Source: a bacterium
Lineage (GTDB): Bacteria > Patescibacteriota > Saccharimonadia > CAILAD01 > JADZBC01
DNA: 64,000 bases
Direction: 5' to 3'
Assembly: GCA_020852295.1 (NCBI GenBank)
Contig: JADZBC010000009.1
Coordinates: 104,628-168,627 of the forward strand
The notes beneath the pieces were generated by a model. That model was not told the origin of the DNA and ran no database searches. It saw only the letters and a program-made list of their open reading frames with translations. The translations under genes were made by a program, and so were the position numbers. Position 1 is the stretch's first letter. Each line of letters opens with the position of its first letter. Positions 18,331-28,760 of this stretch are shown here, piece by piece.

Positions 18331-19506
18331 ATGAAAATTTCTCGAGATAGTATTACGAAGTCGATAAGCATATTATCGGCTAGTTTATTGATTGGCGTTA
18401 CAAGCGTATCTGCACAAACGCCCGGTACGAATGGTCGGCTGATTTTTGCTAATATCGGTGGCACGTATAATGGCGGAACAGAAGTAGGGACCGGTATGTT
18501 CACCATAAAAAATGATGGTACTGGACCGCATCAATTCAGCATGCCGTTCGTGAATACAGGTGGCGACACAAGTGCCTCATACTCCCCTGACGGCACAAAG
18601 ATTGCCTACGCGGGCGAATATGTAGATGGTAATACTAACATTGATATCCTTGTTCGAAGCGCAGATGGGACTGGTACTGTAACGCGTGTTACTAGCTCCT
18701 CATCAGGCTTTGACGAGCATCCTCGCTGGAGCCCAGATGGAACCAAGATAGTATTCACTAGAAATGTATCTGGTGATCGTGAGGTAATCACTGTAAATTC
18801 TGATGGAACAGGTAGCGAGGAGGCTATCACCACGAATGGAGCCGGTGGGGGCGAAGATCCAACCTATACGCCAGATGGGAACTCAATTGTTTTCGTACGA
18901 GGCACGGGTGCGATCGTATCGCTAGATTCGACAGGAACAGAACAGAATGCCACCGCCATCACTTCAGGTAGCGCAACTCGACAGAACCCAGATGTATCGC
19001 CAGATGGTAGCACAGTTGTGTATTCGCTAAGCGATACCAGTACGTCACAATCGATTCGTACGGTAGCTATAGGGGGCGGCAGTGATGCCACTCTGGTTAC
19101 TGCTGCATCGGACAATATGTACAAAGGCTATCCATCATACTCTCCTGATGGCACAAAAATCGCCTTTATTCGCAGTAGTAGCAGTAGCTCACCTAATGCA
19201 GTGGATGACATCCGTGTGTACACAATTGCTGGTGGCGCGACGACATCAATTTTCTCTTTCGACGCCAACAGTGGTGCGCAGTCAAACGGAAATCTGTATT
19301 CGTTGACATGGGGGACCAATAACGCGACTCTAACGAATAACCTAGGCGGTGACGCATTCAACACTGGGCTACCTGACACTGGATCGAAAGCACCAAAGCC
19401 TTTTAATGGTCTACTGCCAGCAATTCTAGCAGCCGGTGCGGTACTGTTGCTCGGTGCATTTGGGTTCGTGTGGTACAAGCGCGAATTTGGACGCAAGAAT
19501 CGCTAG
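18331..19506 (+). CDS. LPXTG-anchored surface protein with PD40/TolB-like beta-propeller repeats
   Basis: Signal peptide. Repeated SPDGTKIAY/SPDGTKIVF/TPDGNSIVF/SPDGSTVVY motifs. C-terminal LPDTG + hydrophobic stretch + KREFGRKNR. Confidence 0.75.
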   Translation: MKISRDSITKSISILSASLLIGVTSVSAQTPGTNGRLIFANIGGTYNGGTEVGTGMFTIKNDGTGPHQFSMPFVNTGGDTSASYSPDGTKIAYAGEYVDGNTNIDILVRSADGTGTVTRVTSSSSGFDEHPRWSPDGTKIVFTRNVSGDREVITVNSDGTGSEEAITTNGAGGGEDPTYTPDGNSIVFVRGTGAIVSLDSTGTEQNATAITSGSATRQNPDVSPDGSTVVYSLSDTSTSQSIRTVAIGGGSDATLVTAASDNMYKGYPSYSPDGTKIAFIRSSSSSSPNAVDDIRVYTIAGGATTSIFSFDANSGAQSNGNLYSLTWGTNNATLTNNLGGDAFNTGLPDTGSKAPKPFNGLLPAILAAGAVLLLGAFGFVWYKREFGRKNR

Positions 19507-19515
19507 AGGTCTCTC

Positions 19516-20280
19516 ATGAGCTCACCTGAGCCTGTTCTTTGTGATCATTGTAAGAAAGAGATGGAGCAGGTTCAGGCAGATTTTTGGGGTAAGAAGCCAC
19601 CAAAAAAAAAGCAGCCACGATCGACTCAGGATAGATGGCTGCTTTGGGGATCACGCATCGCGCTTGTGATGATGTTTTTTATCGCTGAAGTGATGGGTAT
19701 GTATTGGTGGGCGAGCCATAATACGCCGCAGATTGACGGCTCGGTCGGAGATCTCAATATCATAGTTCCGGCCGCCACGCTCGAAAGGGCCGATGCCGCC
19801 CCATCTGCAGCACCAAGTGGCTACAATGGTACGGTCACGGGAGGCACGTATACCCTGGCGATCCAAAAACTTGGTTTGCGAGCACCAGTTGTACCTGTTG
19901 GTAAGACGGCCAGCGGCAATATGGACACGACGCCATCGCTGTATCAGGTAGCGTGGTATAAGCTCGGTGCGCGCCCGGGCGAGAAGGGTAATGTGGTACT
20001 GGCTGCCCACTATGGCGCCCCTGATCAAGAGGGGGTATTTCGTTCAATCGATCAGCTCAACCCAGGCGATCAGCTAACCATTGTAGTGAAAGACAATCCA
20101 AACCTGACGTATCAGGTTGTTCGGAAAGAGTACTACCCAGTCGATAACGCGCCACTAAATGCGATCTTTGGACCAAACAACAAAGCAGCTCTCAATCTGA
20201 TTACTTGCGCTGGCGACTGGGATGCAGGGTCGCGCTCGTACAACAAGCGCCTCGTTGTCTATACTGAGCTGGTGAAATGA
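19516..20280 (+). CDS. sortase (transpeptidase)
   Basis: N-terminal TM. Catalytic TLxTC-type motif LNLITCAGDW. Conserved His region. Sits directly downstream of the LPXTG substrate. Confidence 0.8.
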   Translation: MSSPEPVLCDHCKKEMEQVQADFWGKKPPKKKQPRSTQDRWLLWGSRIALVMMFFIAEVMGMYWWASHNTPQIDGSVGDLNIIVPAATLERADAAPSAAPSGYNGTVTGGTYTLAIQKLGLRAPVVPVGKTASGNMDTTPSLYQVAWYKLGARPGEKGNVVLAAHYGAPDQEGVFRSIDQLNPGDQLTIVVKDNPNLTYQVVRKEYYPVDNAPLNAIFGPNNKAALNLITCAGDWDAGSRSYNKRLVVYTELVK

Positions 20281-20344
20281 TTAGGACTGGAAAAAGAGGC
20301 CAAAAAATAGTAATATAGCGTGGTTCTTGTACCATATATTGTAT

Positions 20345-20421
20345 GGCTGCGTAGCTCAGTTGGTTAGAGCGCGGGACTCATAAGCCTGAGGTCGGAGGTT
20401 CAATTCCTCCCGCAGCCACCA
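20345..20421 (+). tRNA. elongator tRNA-Met (CAT)
   Basis: 77-nt cloverleaf. Acceptor and D-arm ggctgcgtagctcagttggttagagc resemble E. coli metT. Anticodon loop cuCAUaa. Confidence 0.8.
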
Positions 20422-20457
20422 AATACAGATCACAGAGGTGGTCTGCTTTTGTATCTA

Positions 20458-20493
20458 TTGACAATTAATAATACTTATGGTAATATTGTGCGG
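20458..20493 (+). promoter_or_regulatory. sigma70-like promoter TTGACA-N17-TAATAT upstream of the island gene
   Basis: Consensus -35 and near-consensus -10 in AT-rich native-looking sequence just before the GC jump. Confidence 0.5.
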
Positions 20494-20529
20494 TCATTTG
20501 ACAATCCCATCGACGGCTCAGGAGGCCGA

Positions 20530-20914
20530 CATGCTCACAGCAATGATTTCCACACAGGTCGCCTGGATGGCGACCGGCATCGGCCTGCTGGTGTACAGCT
20601 GGATCTTCGGCTCGCGCTACCTGCAGAGCCAGCCCCAGCCCATCGACAAGCTGATCGCGGCCTACTACCTCGGCGTCGCCGAGATCGGCCTGATCCTGAT
20701 CGCCGCGAACACGCCGTACGCGAGCTGGCCCTTCTGGGGGATCGTGCTCAACTGCGTCGGGTTCCCGATCATGATCTTCGGCTTCATCTGGGGCGTCCGC
20801 GTCCTCGAGGCCACGCCGATCATGGCGAAGATCCCGGTGCTGGCCTACAGCAAGACGCTTGGCGTCTTCGGTGTCGGTCTCGGCATCATGGCGACATCGT
20901 TCATGGTCAAGTGA
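20530..20914 (+). CDS. hypothetical 4-TM membrane protein on a high-GC island
   Basis: aggagg SD then ATG at 20530. GC about 65% by eye. Four hydrophobic helices. Confidence 0.5.
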
Positions 20915-21013
20915 TCAACTGCGCCGCTGGTCGCGTAATACCAGCAAACCCCATAGTTCACAATTTGGTTGTGGCCTGTGGGGTTTTTGTATAGCACCTC
21001 ACTGCGCGGTACA

Positions 21014-22354
21014 ATGGTGCTAATGCTACAAATTCTCAACGACCATCTTGTGAAGACCGATTTGCTGCCGCGTAATGCGAAGTTAGTGCTGGCAGTTTCT
21101 GGAGGCATTGATTCAGTCGTACTACTTGATGCCCTGAGCAAACTGCAGCCTGATTGGGGGTGGCAGATTGGGGTGGCGCATCTTGATCACAACGTCCGGG
21201 ACGATTCGGCCGATGATGCACAGTTTGTCTCTGGTTTAGCAGATAGCTATGGGTATAAGTTTTTCTTGGGCCAGCTCGACGGCACGAGCCAGGATGAAGG
21301 CTCCATGCGCCAGCTTCGTTATGATTTTCTCGATGAAATTGCTGATGGCTTCGGCGCCGATTATGTCGTGACCGCCCATCACCAAGATGATCTCATCGAG
21401 ACGACGATATTCAATACGATTCGCGGTTCGGATAGACGTGGCCTCAATGCCTTGCGCCAAAAGCGGGGTCGTCTGGTTCGACCACTGCTTGGTATCGAAA
21501 AAGGGCGGATTGTCGCATATGCGCACAGCCGAGGACTGGATTGGCGAGATGACCCTACGAACCAGGATGCAAGCTATAGTCGTAATGTGTTACGCCAGCA
21601 TGTACTAACTGACGTCCCGCTATCTGCGCCACATTTTCGGAATGACTACCTCGCGAGTCTTGGCCGACTGCAGGCGGCAGATGACCGGATCAACTCTGCA
21701 TTGTCGCAAACTTTTGAGCTCATGAGGCAACCAACGAACTTGCCGGGTGCGCTTGCCTTTTCGCGGAGTGGGTTTTTGAAATTAAGTCTGGATGTACAGA
21801 AAGCACTTTTGGTTTGGATGATCGAGCAGTTGCGTCCTGGTTTTGAACTGAGCCAGGCCAATCTCAAGGCGACGTTGCGCTATATGATTTCAGCTCCGAC
21901 CGGTAGCGTTGCTAACCTGATTTCCGGGTTGCACGTCGAGCGTAGCTATGATACATTTGTCCTTGCGTTGCAAGATAGTATTGCACAGTTGACGACAACC
22001 CCAGCCACACAGATATTGCGTCCCGACAATACGCTCACGCACCTTAATCGACGTTTTCGTCTCAGTGCCCAGCCACAAGCGACAGACCACATCGCGGTCT
22101 TTGTGGAGCCACAGGAAGTATATATCCGGACTTTTCAGGCCGGTGATCGACTCAGACCGGTTGGCATGCAGGGCAGCAAGAAGTTGTCAGACATTTTTAC
22201 CGATCAAAAAATTTCTCGCATCGAACGTAAACTATGGCCAGTTATAGTAAATCGGGCCAACAAGGTTATCTGGGTTCCTGGTCTCGCGGCAGATCGTGAA
22301 ATGACTAAGGACACACCGCAGGGCAATTATCAACTAATCTGTGAGGTGTTATGA
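21014..22354 (+). CDS. tilS: tRNA(Ile)-lysidine synthetase
   Basis: PP-loop LAVSGGIDSVVL. Length about 450 aa. The start could be the ORF-track start at 20969 or the ATG at 21014. Confidence 0.8.
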   Translation: MVLMLQILNDHLVKTDLLPRNAKLVLAVSGGIDSVVLLDALSKLQPDWGWQIGVAHLDHNVRDDSADDAQFVSGLADSYGYKFFLGQLDGTSQDEGSMRQLRYDFLDEIADGFGADYVVTAHHQDDLIETTIFNTIRGSDRRGLNALRQKRGRLVRPLLGIEKGRIVAYAHSRGLDWRDDPTNQDASYSRNVLRQHVLTDVPLSAPHFRNDYLASLGRLQAADDRINSALSQTFELMRQPTNLPGALAFSRSGFLKLSLDVQKALLVWMIEQLRPGFELSQANLKATLRYMISAPTGSVANLISGLHVERSYDTFVLALQDSIAQLTTTPATQILRPDNTLTHLNRRFRLSAQPQATDHIAVFVEPQEVYIRTFQAGDRLRPVGMQGSKKLSDIFTDQKISRIERKLWPVIVNRANKVIWVPGLAADREMTKDTPQGNYQLICEVL

Positions 22355-24198
22355 AAAAATCGAACCGAACTATTTTATATGTAATTGCTGGCCTTTTGCT
22401 GCTCGGTGCAGTTATTAGTTTTAGTGCTGCAGGCACCACCAAGGTGGCCGATGTCACTCTAAGTCAGGCAATCGAACAGATCAATAAGGGTGAAGTCGAT
22501 AACGTTGTTGTTGAGGGAGAAACCCTAACTCTTACACTCAAAGACGGCACCAAAGAACAAACTTTCAAAGAGCCAAGTGCCAACATCAAAGACTACGGCA
22601 TCGATCCAACCAAGGTGAAGGTTGAGACCAAGAATCCAAATGACGGTTCGGGTCGTTGGCTGGACATTGTTTTAGCGTTCTTGCCGATCATTATCATCAT
22701 TGGTTTCTTCTACTTTATGATGCGTCAGGCGCAGGGTAGTAACAACCAGGCGATGAGCTTTGGTAAGTCGCGAGCTCGAGTTTTTGGTCTAGAGAAGGGC
22801 AAAGTGACCTTTGCTGATGTAGCCGGAGCAATTGAGGCGAAGACTGAACTGCAGGAAATTGTTGAATTCTTGAAGTACCCTCAGAAATTCGAGGCGCTTG
22901 GTGCGAAGATTCCAAAGGGTGTTTTGCTGTTTGGGAGTCCAGGTACTGGAAAGACTTTGCTTGCTCGAGCGGTCGCCGGTGAGGCCAATGTGCCATTTTT
23001 CTCAATCTCCGGATCAGAGTTTGTCGAGATGTTTGTCGGTGTTGGTGCCTCGCGCGTACGTGATCTTTTTGGCAAGGCCAAGAAGAATGCGCCATGTATC
23101 ATTTTCATCGATGAGATTGATGCGGTTGGTCGTCAGCGTGGCACCGGACTCGGTGGTGGTCACGACGAACGCGAGCAGACACTCAATCAGATCTTGGTTG
23201 AGATGGACGGTTTTGAGCAGGGCACCAACGTGATCGTGATGGCGGCCACCAACCGTCCTGACGTACTTGATCCTGCGTTGCTACGACCGGGTCGATTTGA
23301 CCGACGTGTCACACTTGATCTACCTGATATGAAGGCGCGAGAAGAGATTCTCGGTGTTCACACGGCGAAGAAGCCACTCGCTAATGATATCGACCTTGCT
23401 GAGATAGCTCGCAAAACTCCAGGTGTGTCAGGTGCAGATTTGGCAAACATTGCCAACGAAGCAGCCATTTACGCTGCACGCCATGATCGCAAGAAAGTAT
23501 CGCAAGCTGATTTTCATGAAGCAGTAGAAAAAGTTGCCCTCGGTCCTGAGCGCAAAAGTCATGTGCTCAATGAAAAGGAGAAAAAGATCACAGCATTTCA
23601 CGAAGCAGGGCATGCAATACTTTCGCATTTGTTGCCAAACTGTAATCCAGTTCACAAGGTTTCGATTGTATCCCGCGGTATGGCTGGCGGTGTGACGTGG
23701 AGTCTGCCAATCGAAGACAAGCACATGCACTCAGTGTCGGACTTTATGGACGATATCGCGATGAGCCTTGGTGGTCGTACCGCAGAAAAAATTGTTTTTG
23801 GTGAGATAACAACTGGCGCCGAGAGTGATCTACGACACGCCAACGGATTGGCACGGCGCATGATCACCGAATACGGTATGGGTAAAGACCTGAACAATCA
23901 GGTGTTTGGTCACAGCGAGGGATCGGTCTTTCTCGGCCGTACTTTCTCAGAGGGCCGAAACTATTCTGAAGAAGTCGCAGCAAAAATTGACGAAGAAGTC
24001 GCCAAGATCATTAAAAAGGCCTCAGCGCACGCCGAAGATGTCATTAGCAAAAATCGCGCCAAACTTGATCTGATCGCCAACACCTTGCTGGAGAAGGAGA
24101 CGATCGAGGGTAAAGATTTTGAGAAGCTGATCGACGACGTCGATAAAAAAGCTCCCAAGAAAGACACCGAGACTGCCGTAGAGCCCGAAACAGCCTAG
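22351..24198 (+). CDS. ftsH: ATP-dependent zinc metalloprotease FtsH
   Basis: AAA Walker [12 protein letters not shown] region. HEAGHA zinc motif. Two N-terminal TM. Confidence 0.95.
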   Translation: MKKSNRTILYVIAGLLLLGAVISFSAAGTTKVADVTLSQAIEQINKGEVDNVVVEGETLTLTLKDGTKEQTFKEPSANIKDYGIDPTKVKVETKNPNDGSGRWLDIVLAFLPIIIIIGFFYFMMRQAQGSNNQAMSFGKSRARVFGLEKGKVTFADVAGAIEAKTELQEIVEFLKYPQKFEALGAKIPKGVLLFGSPGTGKTLLARAVAGEANVPFFSISGSEFVEMFVGVGASRVRDLFGKAKKNAPCIIFIDEIDAVGRQRGTGLGGGHDEREQTLNQILVEMDGFEQGTNVIVMAATNRPDVLDPALLRPGRFDRRVTLDLPDMKAREEILGVHTAKKPLANDIDLAEIARKTPGVSGADLANIANEAAIYAARHDRKKVSQADFHEAVEKVALGPERKSHVLNEKEKKITAFHEAGHAILSHLLPNCNPVHKVSIVSRGMAGGVTWSLPIEDKHMHSVSDFMDDIAMSLGGRTAEKIVFGEITTGAESDLRHANGLARRMITEYGMGKDLNNQVFGHSEGSVFLGRTFSEGRNYSEEVAAKIDEEVAKIIKKASAHAEDVISKNRAKLDLIANTLLEKETIEGKDFEKLIDDVDKKAPKKDTETAVEPETA

Positions 24199-24243
24199 TC
24201 TATCGGCTAACTTCAGCCAGATTTACTGGTATAATAGCCACTA

Positions 24244-25824
24244 GTGAAGGACATCATCAGAAAAATAAATAAGTCACACACGCTTGGTGTGGCGGCGTTC
24301 TTAATATCGCTGTCATTTTTGTTCAGTCGTGTGCTTGGGTTGTTCCGCGATCGCCTGCTCGCCACCAATTTTGGCGTTGGTCCAGCCGCCGACGCCTATA
24401 CTGCCGCCTTTCGAATACCGGATCTTCTGTTTACGCTGCTCATATCAGGCGCTTTTGCAGTTTCGTTTATTCCCGTTTTTGTTGGCTACATCGAAAAGAA
24501 GAAAACCGAAGAGGCCTGGGAGATTGCCAATATCGTTCTCAATACGATCAGTGTACTGACGATTGGACTGGCAGTTTTAAGCTTTATCTTTACCGAGCCG
24601 TTGGTAAAAATAATTGTTCCTGGCTTTGATAAAGAACGATTTGATCTGACGGTAAACCTGACTCGCATTATGCTCGTGACGCCATTTCTATTTGGGCTTT
24701 CGTCGGTCTTCGCGGCGATCCAGCAGTCGTTCAATCGGTTTACGCTGTTTGCTCTATCCAGTGCGTTTTATAATGTCGGCATCATTGCGGGTATATTATT
24801 CTTTAGTAATTACACGGCGCAACCTATCTACGGCGTTGCCTTTGGTGTAGTCTTTGGTACTCTTATTCAGGTTTTGGCTCAGCTGATTGGCATGGTGGGT
24901 CTTGGGTTCAAATACCAGTTCAAATTGCGTTTTTGGCATCCGGCAGTCTTAAAGATCATAGGTTTGATGGTGCCACGCTCGCTAGATCTTGGCATTGATC
25001 AACTCCACACGATCATAGAAACGGCCATTGGATCGCGCCTAGCAACAGGGAGCTTAGCGTCATACTACTACGCAAACAATCTTAAAAATGTTCCGGTCGG
25101 TCTTTTCGGTGGCGCTATCGCGACGGCAATATTCCCAAGCCTCATACGCGCCGCCAAGTCGGCGGATCCGTCGAAGCTCATTCGTAGCATTGTCAACAAC
25201 CTTCGGCTTGTAAGTTTCTTGGTTATTCCGGCAACAGCTGTGGCGATTATCTTGCGTGGCTATATCGTACGTTTGTTATTTGGCTTTGGTGACCAGGCGA
25301 CGGCCGATACGCTAGGATGGTTGGCGCCAACTATTGCTGCCCAGAGTATTTTCTTTGTGGTGGCACGAATATTTTACTCGCTCGAGGACACAAAAACACC
25401 CCTCCTTACCAGCCTTGCATCCGTGGTGGTCAATATTATCTTTAGCTTTGCCTTGTCGGCTCAATATGGTGTTTCTGGATTAGCTATGGCTATGTCGATC
25501 GCGATGGCGCTTGAGCTCGTCATACTTATGGTTCTGTTGCGTCGTAAAATTGGACCATTTGGATTTCGTGGAATTGCAATTCATGCCATAAAGGTTGCTG
25601 CAGCGAGCCTGGCAATGTCGGTTGCAATGTATCTGATGACCTATGACGTCTTTCCGATTCTCAAAAATGACGTCGGCTTCTCGCTAGTTGCACCAAAGTT
25701 TGCTGCGATTTGCCTTGTTGGGCTTGCAGTTTTCGGAGTGTTCTCGTATGCTCTACGGATTGGCGAGACGAAGATAGTCCTTAATTGGACCAGGCATAAT
25801 ATTCGTCGATTACGTTTTTGGTAG
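24244..25824 (+). CDS. murJ: lipid II flippase MurJ
   Basis: 14-TM protein with the MurJ/MviN N-terminal motif (FSRVLGLFRDRLLATNFGVG...AYTAAFRIPD). Confidence 0.85.
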   Translation: MKDIIRKINKSHTLGVAAFLISLSFLFSRVLGLFRDRLLATNFGVGPAADAYTAAFRIPDLLFTLLISGAFAVSFIPVFVGYIEKKKTEEAWEIANIVLNTISVLTIGLAVLSFIFTEPLVKIIVPGFDKERFDLTVNLTRIMLVTPFLFGLSSVFAAIQQSFNRFTLFALSSAFYNVGIIAGILFFSNYTAQPIYGVAFGVVFGTLIQVLAQLIGMVGLGFKYQFKLRFWHPAVLKIIGLMVPRSLDLGIDQLHTIIETAIGSRLATGSLASYYYANNLKNVPVGLFGGAIATAIFPSLIRAAKSADPSKLIRSIVNNLRLVSFLVIPATAVAIILRGYIVRLLFGFGDQATADTLGWLAPTIAAQSIFFVVARIFYSLEDTKTPLLTSLASVVVNIIFSFALSAQYGVSGLAMAMSIAMALELVILMVLLRRKIGPFGFRGIAIHAIKVAAASLAMSVAMYLMTYDVFPILKNDVGFSLVAPKFAAICLVGLAVFGVFSYALRIGETKIVLNWTRHNIRRLRFW

Positions 25825-25833
25825 GAAAGTAGA

Positions 25834-27609
25834 ATGGATTCAATTAGAAACTTTTGTATTATTGCCCATATTGATCATGGTAAAAGCACGCTAGCTGATC
25901 GGCTTATCGAGCTGACTGGTACCGTGGAGAAGCGTGCTATGCAGGCTCAGCTACTCGACAGTATGGAGCTTGAGCGCGAGAAGGGGATCACGATCAAGCT
26001 GCAGCCGGTTCGGATGCAGTGGCGCGAACATACGCTCAACCTGATCGATACACCGGGACATGTAGATTTTAGCTATGAAGTATCTCGTTCGCTTGCAGCC
26101 TGTGAAGGCGCACTCTTGGTGGTTGACGCTGCTCAGGGTATCCAGGCGCAGACCCTGGCCAATGTCTATCTCGCTATTGAGGCAGACCTGACAATCATCC
26201 CGGTTTTAAATAAGATCGATCTCCCCGCCGCCGAGCCAGAACGTGTCAGCGCCGAAATTGTGAAGCTGCTTGGTTGCGATCCGGAGGATATTATCCAGGT
26301 TTCCGCCAAAGAGGGTACCAATGTTGATCGTGTGCTCGATGCTGTCGTTGAAAAGGTGCCATCGCCGCGTGGCGACAAAGACAAGCCAACTCGGGCGCTT
26401 ATTTTTGACTCAGTCTATGATGAATATCGCGGTGTCATACTGTATGTTCGTCTGGTTGATGGACAGCTCAAGACCGGTGGCCAGATATTTCTACTTGGTT
26501 CCGGTAAAAAAGCGCTGGCCGTTGAAGTTGGTCACTTTAGCCCCGACAAACGTCCGGACCAAGTACTTGAGTGTGGTCAGATTGGCTATATTGTGACGAA
26601 CCTCAAGACCATCGAAGACGCGCGGGTCGGTGATACCGTCACGACGGCAGCGGGTGGCTCGACTGATGCCTTGCCAGGTTATGCGCGAGTCAAGCCGTAT
26701 GTCTACGCCGGTTTCTTTCCGACCACCGGAGAAGACTATCCGCAACTACGTGACGCACTCGAAAAACTAAAGCTCAACGATGCGGCACTCGAATTTACTC
26801 CTGAAAACTCAAGCGTACTCGGCTTTGGTTTCCGACTTGGCTTCTTAGGACTATTACACCTTGAGATCATCAAAGAACGCTTGGAGCGCGAGTATGATCT
26901 GAGTCTTGTCGTGACAAATCCTTCGGTTGACTACCAAGTAACAACTACGGGCGGTGGTGACATCGTGATACGTAACGCCGCTGAGCTGCCTGATGTGAGT
27001 CGCATTATCGAAATCCGTGAGCCATGGATCAAGGGTGAGATTGTGGTGCCGAGTCGGTACGTTGGGGCGGTCATGCAGCTGGTGACGAACTCGCGCGGCC
27101 ATCAAACCAATCTCAATTATCTAGACGAAACACTCTGTCTGTTTCACTTTGAGGCGCCATTGAGCAATATCCTGACCGACTTTTACGACAGCCTAAAGAG
27201 TGTCACTGCTGGCTACGGGTCTTTCAACTATGAACTAACAGGCTATCGCGCGGAGAATCTCGTACGTCTCGACATCCTAGTGGGTGGCGAGATGGTGGAC
27301 AGTTTGAGTCTCATGACACACCGCACTGAGGCAGAACGCCTTGGCCGTCAGATTGTGGAGAAGCTCAAAGAAGTCATACCACGGCAGCTCTTTGAGGTGA
27401 GCTTGCAAGCGGCGATTGGTGGCAAGGTCATTGCCCGTGAAGATGTCCGCGCGATGGGCAAAAATGTAACCGCCAAACTCTATGGTGGAGATGTGACACG
27501 CAAAAACAAGCTACTCGACAAGCAGAAAAAGGGTAAGGCGCGCATGAAAAAGATCGGCAAAGTTGATATTCCGCCAGAAGCATTCATGGTGCTTGTGAAG
27601 CGCGACTAA
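25834..27609 (+). CDS. lepA: elongation factor 4
   Basis: IRNFCIIAHIDHGKSTLADRL... and a LepA-specific C-terminal domain. Confidence 0.95.
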   Translation: MDSIRNFCIIAHIDHGKSTLADRLIELTGTVEKRAMQAQLLDSMELEREKGITIKLQPVRMQWREHTLNLIDTPGHVDFSYEVSRSLAACEGALLVVDAAQGIQAQTLANVYLAIEADLTIIPVLNKIDLPAAEPERVSAEIVKLLGCDPEDIIQVSAKEGTNVDRVLDAVVEKVPSPRGDKDKPTRALIFDSVYDEYRGVILYVRLVDGQLKTGGQIFLLGSGKKALAVEVGHFSPDKRPDQVLECGQIGYIVTNLKTIEDARVGDTVTTAAGGSTDALPGYARVKPYVYAGFFPTTGEDYPQLRDALEKLKLNDAALEFTPENSSVLGFGFRLGFLGLLHLEIIKERLEREYDLSLVVTNPSVDYQVTTTGGGDIVIRNAAELPDVSRIIEIREPWIKGEIVVPSRYVGAVMQLVTNSRGHQTNLNYLDETLCLFHFEAPLSNILTDFYDSLKSVTAGYGSFNYELTGYRAENLVRLDILVGGEMVDSLSLMTHRTEAERLGRQIVEKLKEVIPRQLFEVSLQAAIGGKVIAREDVRAMGKNVTAKLYGGDVTRKNKLLDKQKKGKARMKKIGKVDIPPEAFMVLVKRD

Positions 27610-27632
27610 AGCGCTCATGCTACTATAGCTAT

Positions 27633-27953
27633 ATGCGTAAAGTAAGCTGCAAAAAAACGGAAGAGCGAAATATCCTGATCGATGCCCTCATGATTGTGCC
27701 GGGGCTTGTATTGACCGGATTGGTGGCAGTGAAAATATTGCCAGCTAGTATTTTTTATTATCTTTTTGCGCTCCAGTGCGGGGCAATTATTTACCTTGGG
27801 TTTATTGCTGAGTATTTACCTGGATACAACAAAAAACAGGGCTTGGCGTATGCTTATCGCGGTAAGATTGCTGAACATCGAGCCACCGGACTACTGCTTT
27901 TCACTGTCGCGAACTTTTTATTCAACTTGTTGGTACTACCAAGCCTATTCTAG
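27633..27953 (+). CDS. small hypothetical membrane protein
   Basis: ORF with 3 TM segments. Confidence 0.4.
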   Translation: MRKVSCKKTEERNILIDALMIVPGLVLTGLVAVKILPASIFYYLFALQCGAIIYLGFIAEYLPGYNKKQGLAYAYRGKIAEHRATGLLLFTVANFLFNLLVLPSLF

Positions 27954-28651
27954 TAGATGTATTGAAAACTACTCGCGGCGGCCCAGCGACTGCTACGTAC
28001 ATTCCAGCCGACATAGTTCATCTCTGAGACACGAACTTTATCACCAACCACTTCCTCGACGTAGGCAACATGGCCCCAGGTGCCGCTCGGTGTCCAGGCT
28101 ATTGCCCCGACCGTTGGGTGTGGGCCGGTCAGCCAGCCCATGGCTTTGGCGCGGGGTAGCCAGTCTCGGGCGTTGCCCCAGTTGCCAGGTACTGGTCGAC
28201 GTGACGCAACATAGGCGGTACAGTGACCGTACGAGTAGCCGGCAGTGTTGTATTGCTGGGCAGTTGATGGTCCGCTGCCACTATTACCCGTGTCGGCCGG
28301 GAGTGCCATAAGGCTCTGTGATGGTTTTGGCGCGGTCGGCGATGCGGCAGTCTTGGTGTTGACCTTGGGTGCCTGCTTGGTGTTGAGCTTGATCGTTGCT
28401 TGGTCGGGGGCCTCGGCTTTTTGAGCCATAAAAGCACTGGCCGTCTGACCAAGGATTGCATCGGACTGGTTGCCGAAGAGCCAATTACCAAATCCAAGTA
28501 GCATTAAAATCGCCAGGACGGTAACGCGCGTGCGTGGTAACTTCTCTATAGCAACACGCTTGGAGACCCGCGCTTCAATCTTGTGTGGGTCCGCTACGCG
28601 TTTAAGATATTTTTGTATGAGGCGAAAATCAGCCTCACTCATGAGTGCCAT
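27950..28651 (-). CDS. membrane-anchored CHAP-domain peptidoglycan hydrolase
   Basis: N-terminal TM. C-terminal CHAP with the Cys of YGHCTAYVA and the His of GHVAYVEEV. Confidence 0.7.
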   Translation of the reverse strand: MALMSEADFRLIQKYLKRVADPHKIEARVSKRVAIEKLPRTRVTVLAILMLLGFGNWLFGNQSDAILGQTASAFMAQKAEAPDQATIKLNTKQAPKVNTKTAASPTAPKPSQSLMALPADTGNSGSGPSTAQQYNTAGYSYGHCTAYVASRRPVPGNWGNARDWLPRAKAMGWLTGPHPTVGAIAWTPSGTWGHVAYVEEVVGDKVRVSEMNYVGWNVRSSRWAAASSFQYIY

Positions 28652-28760
28652 ATGGCAATTTCCTTACAAACAATCGACTATTGTATAACAAAAAAACATA
28701 TTATGCAAGCACTTATTCAGATTGTAAATAGCAAAAGAGTTTTGTGAAAAATGCTACAAT

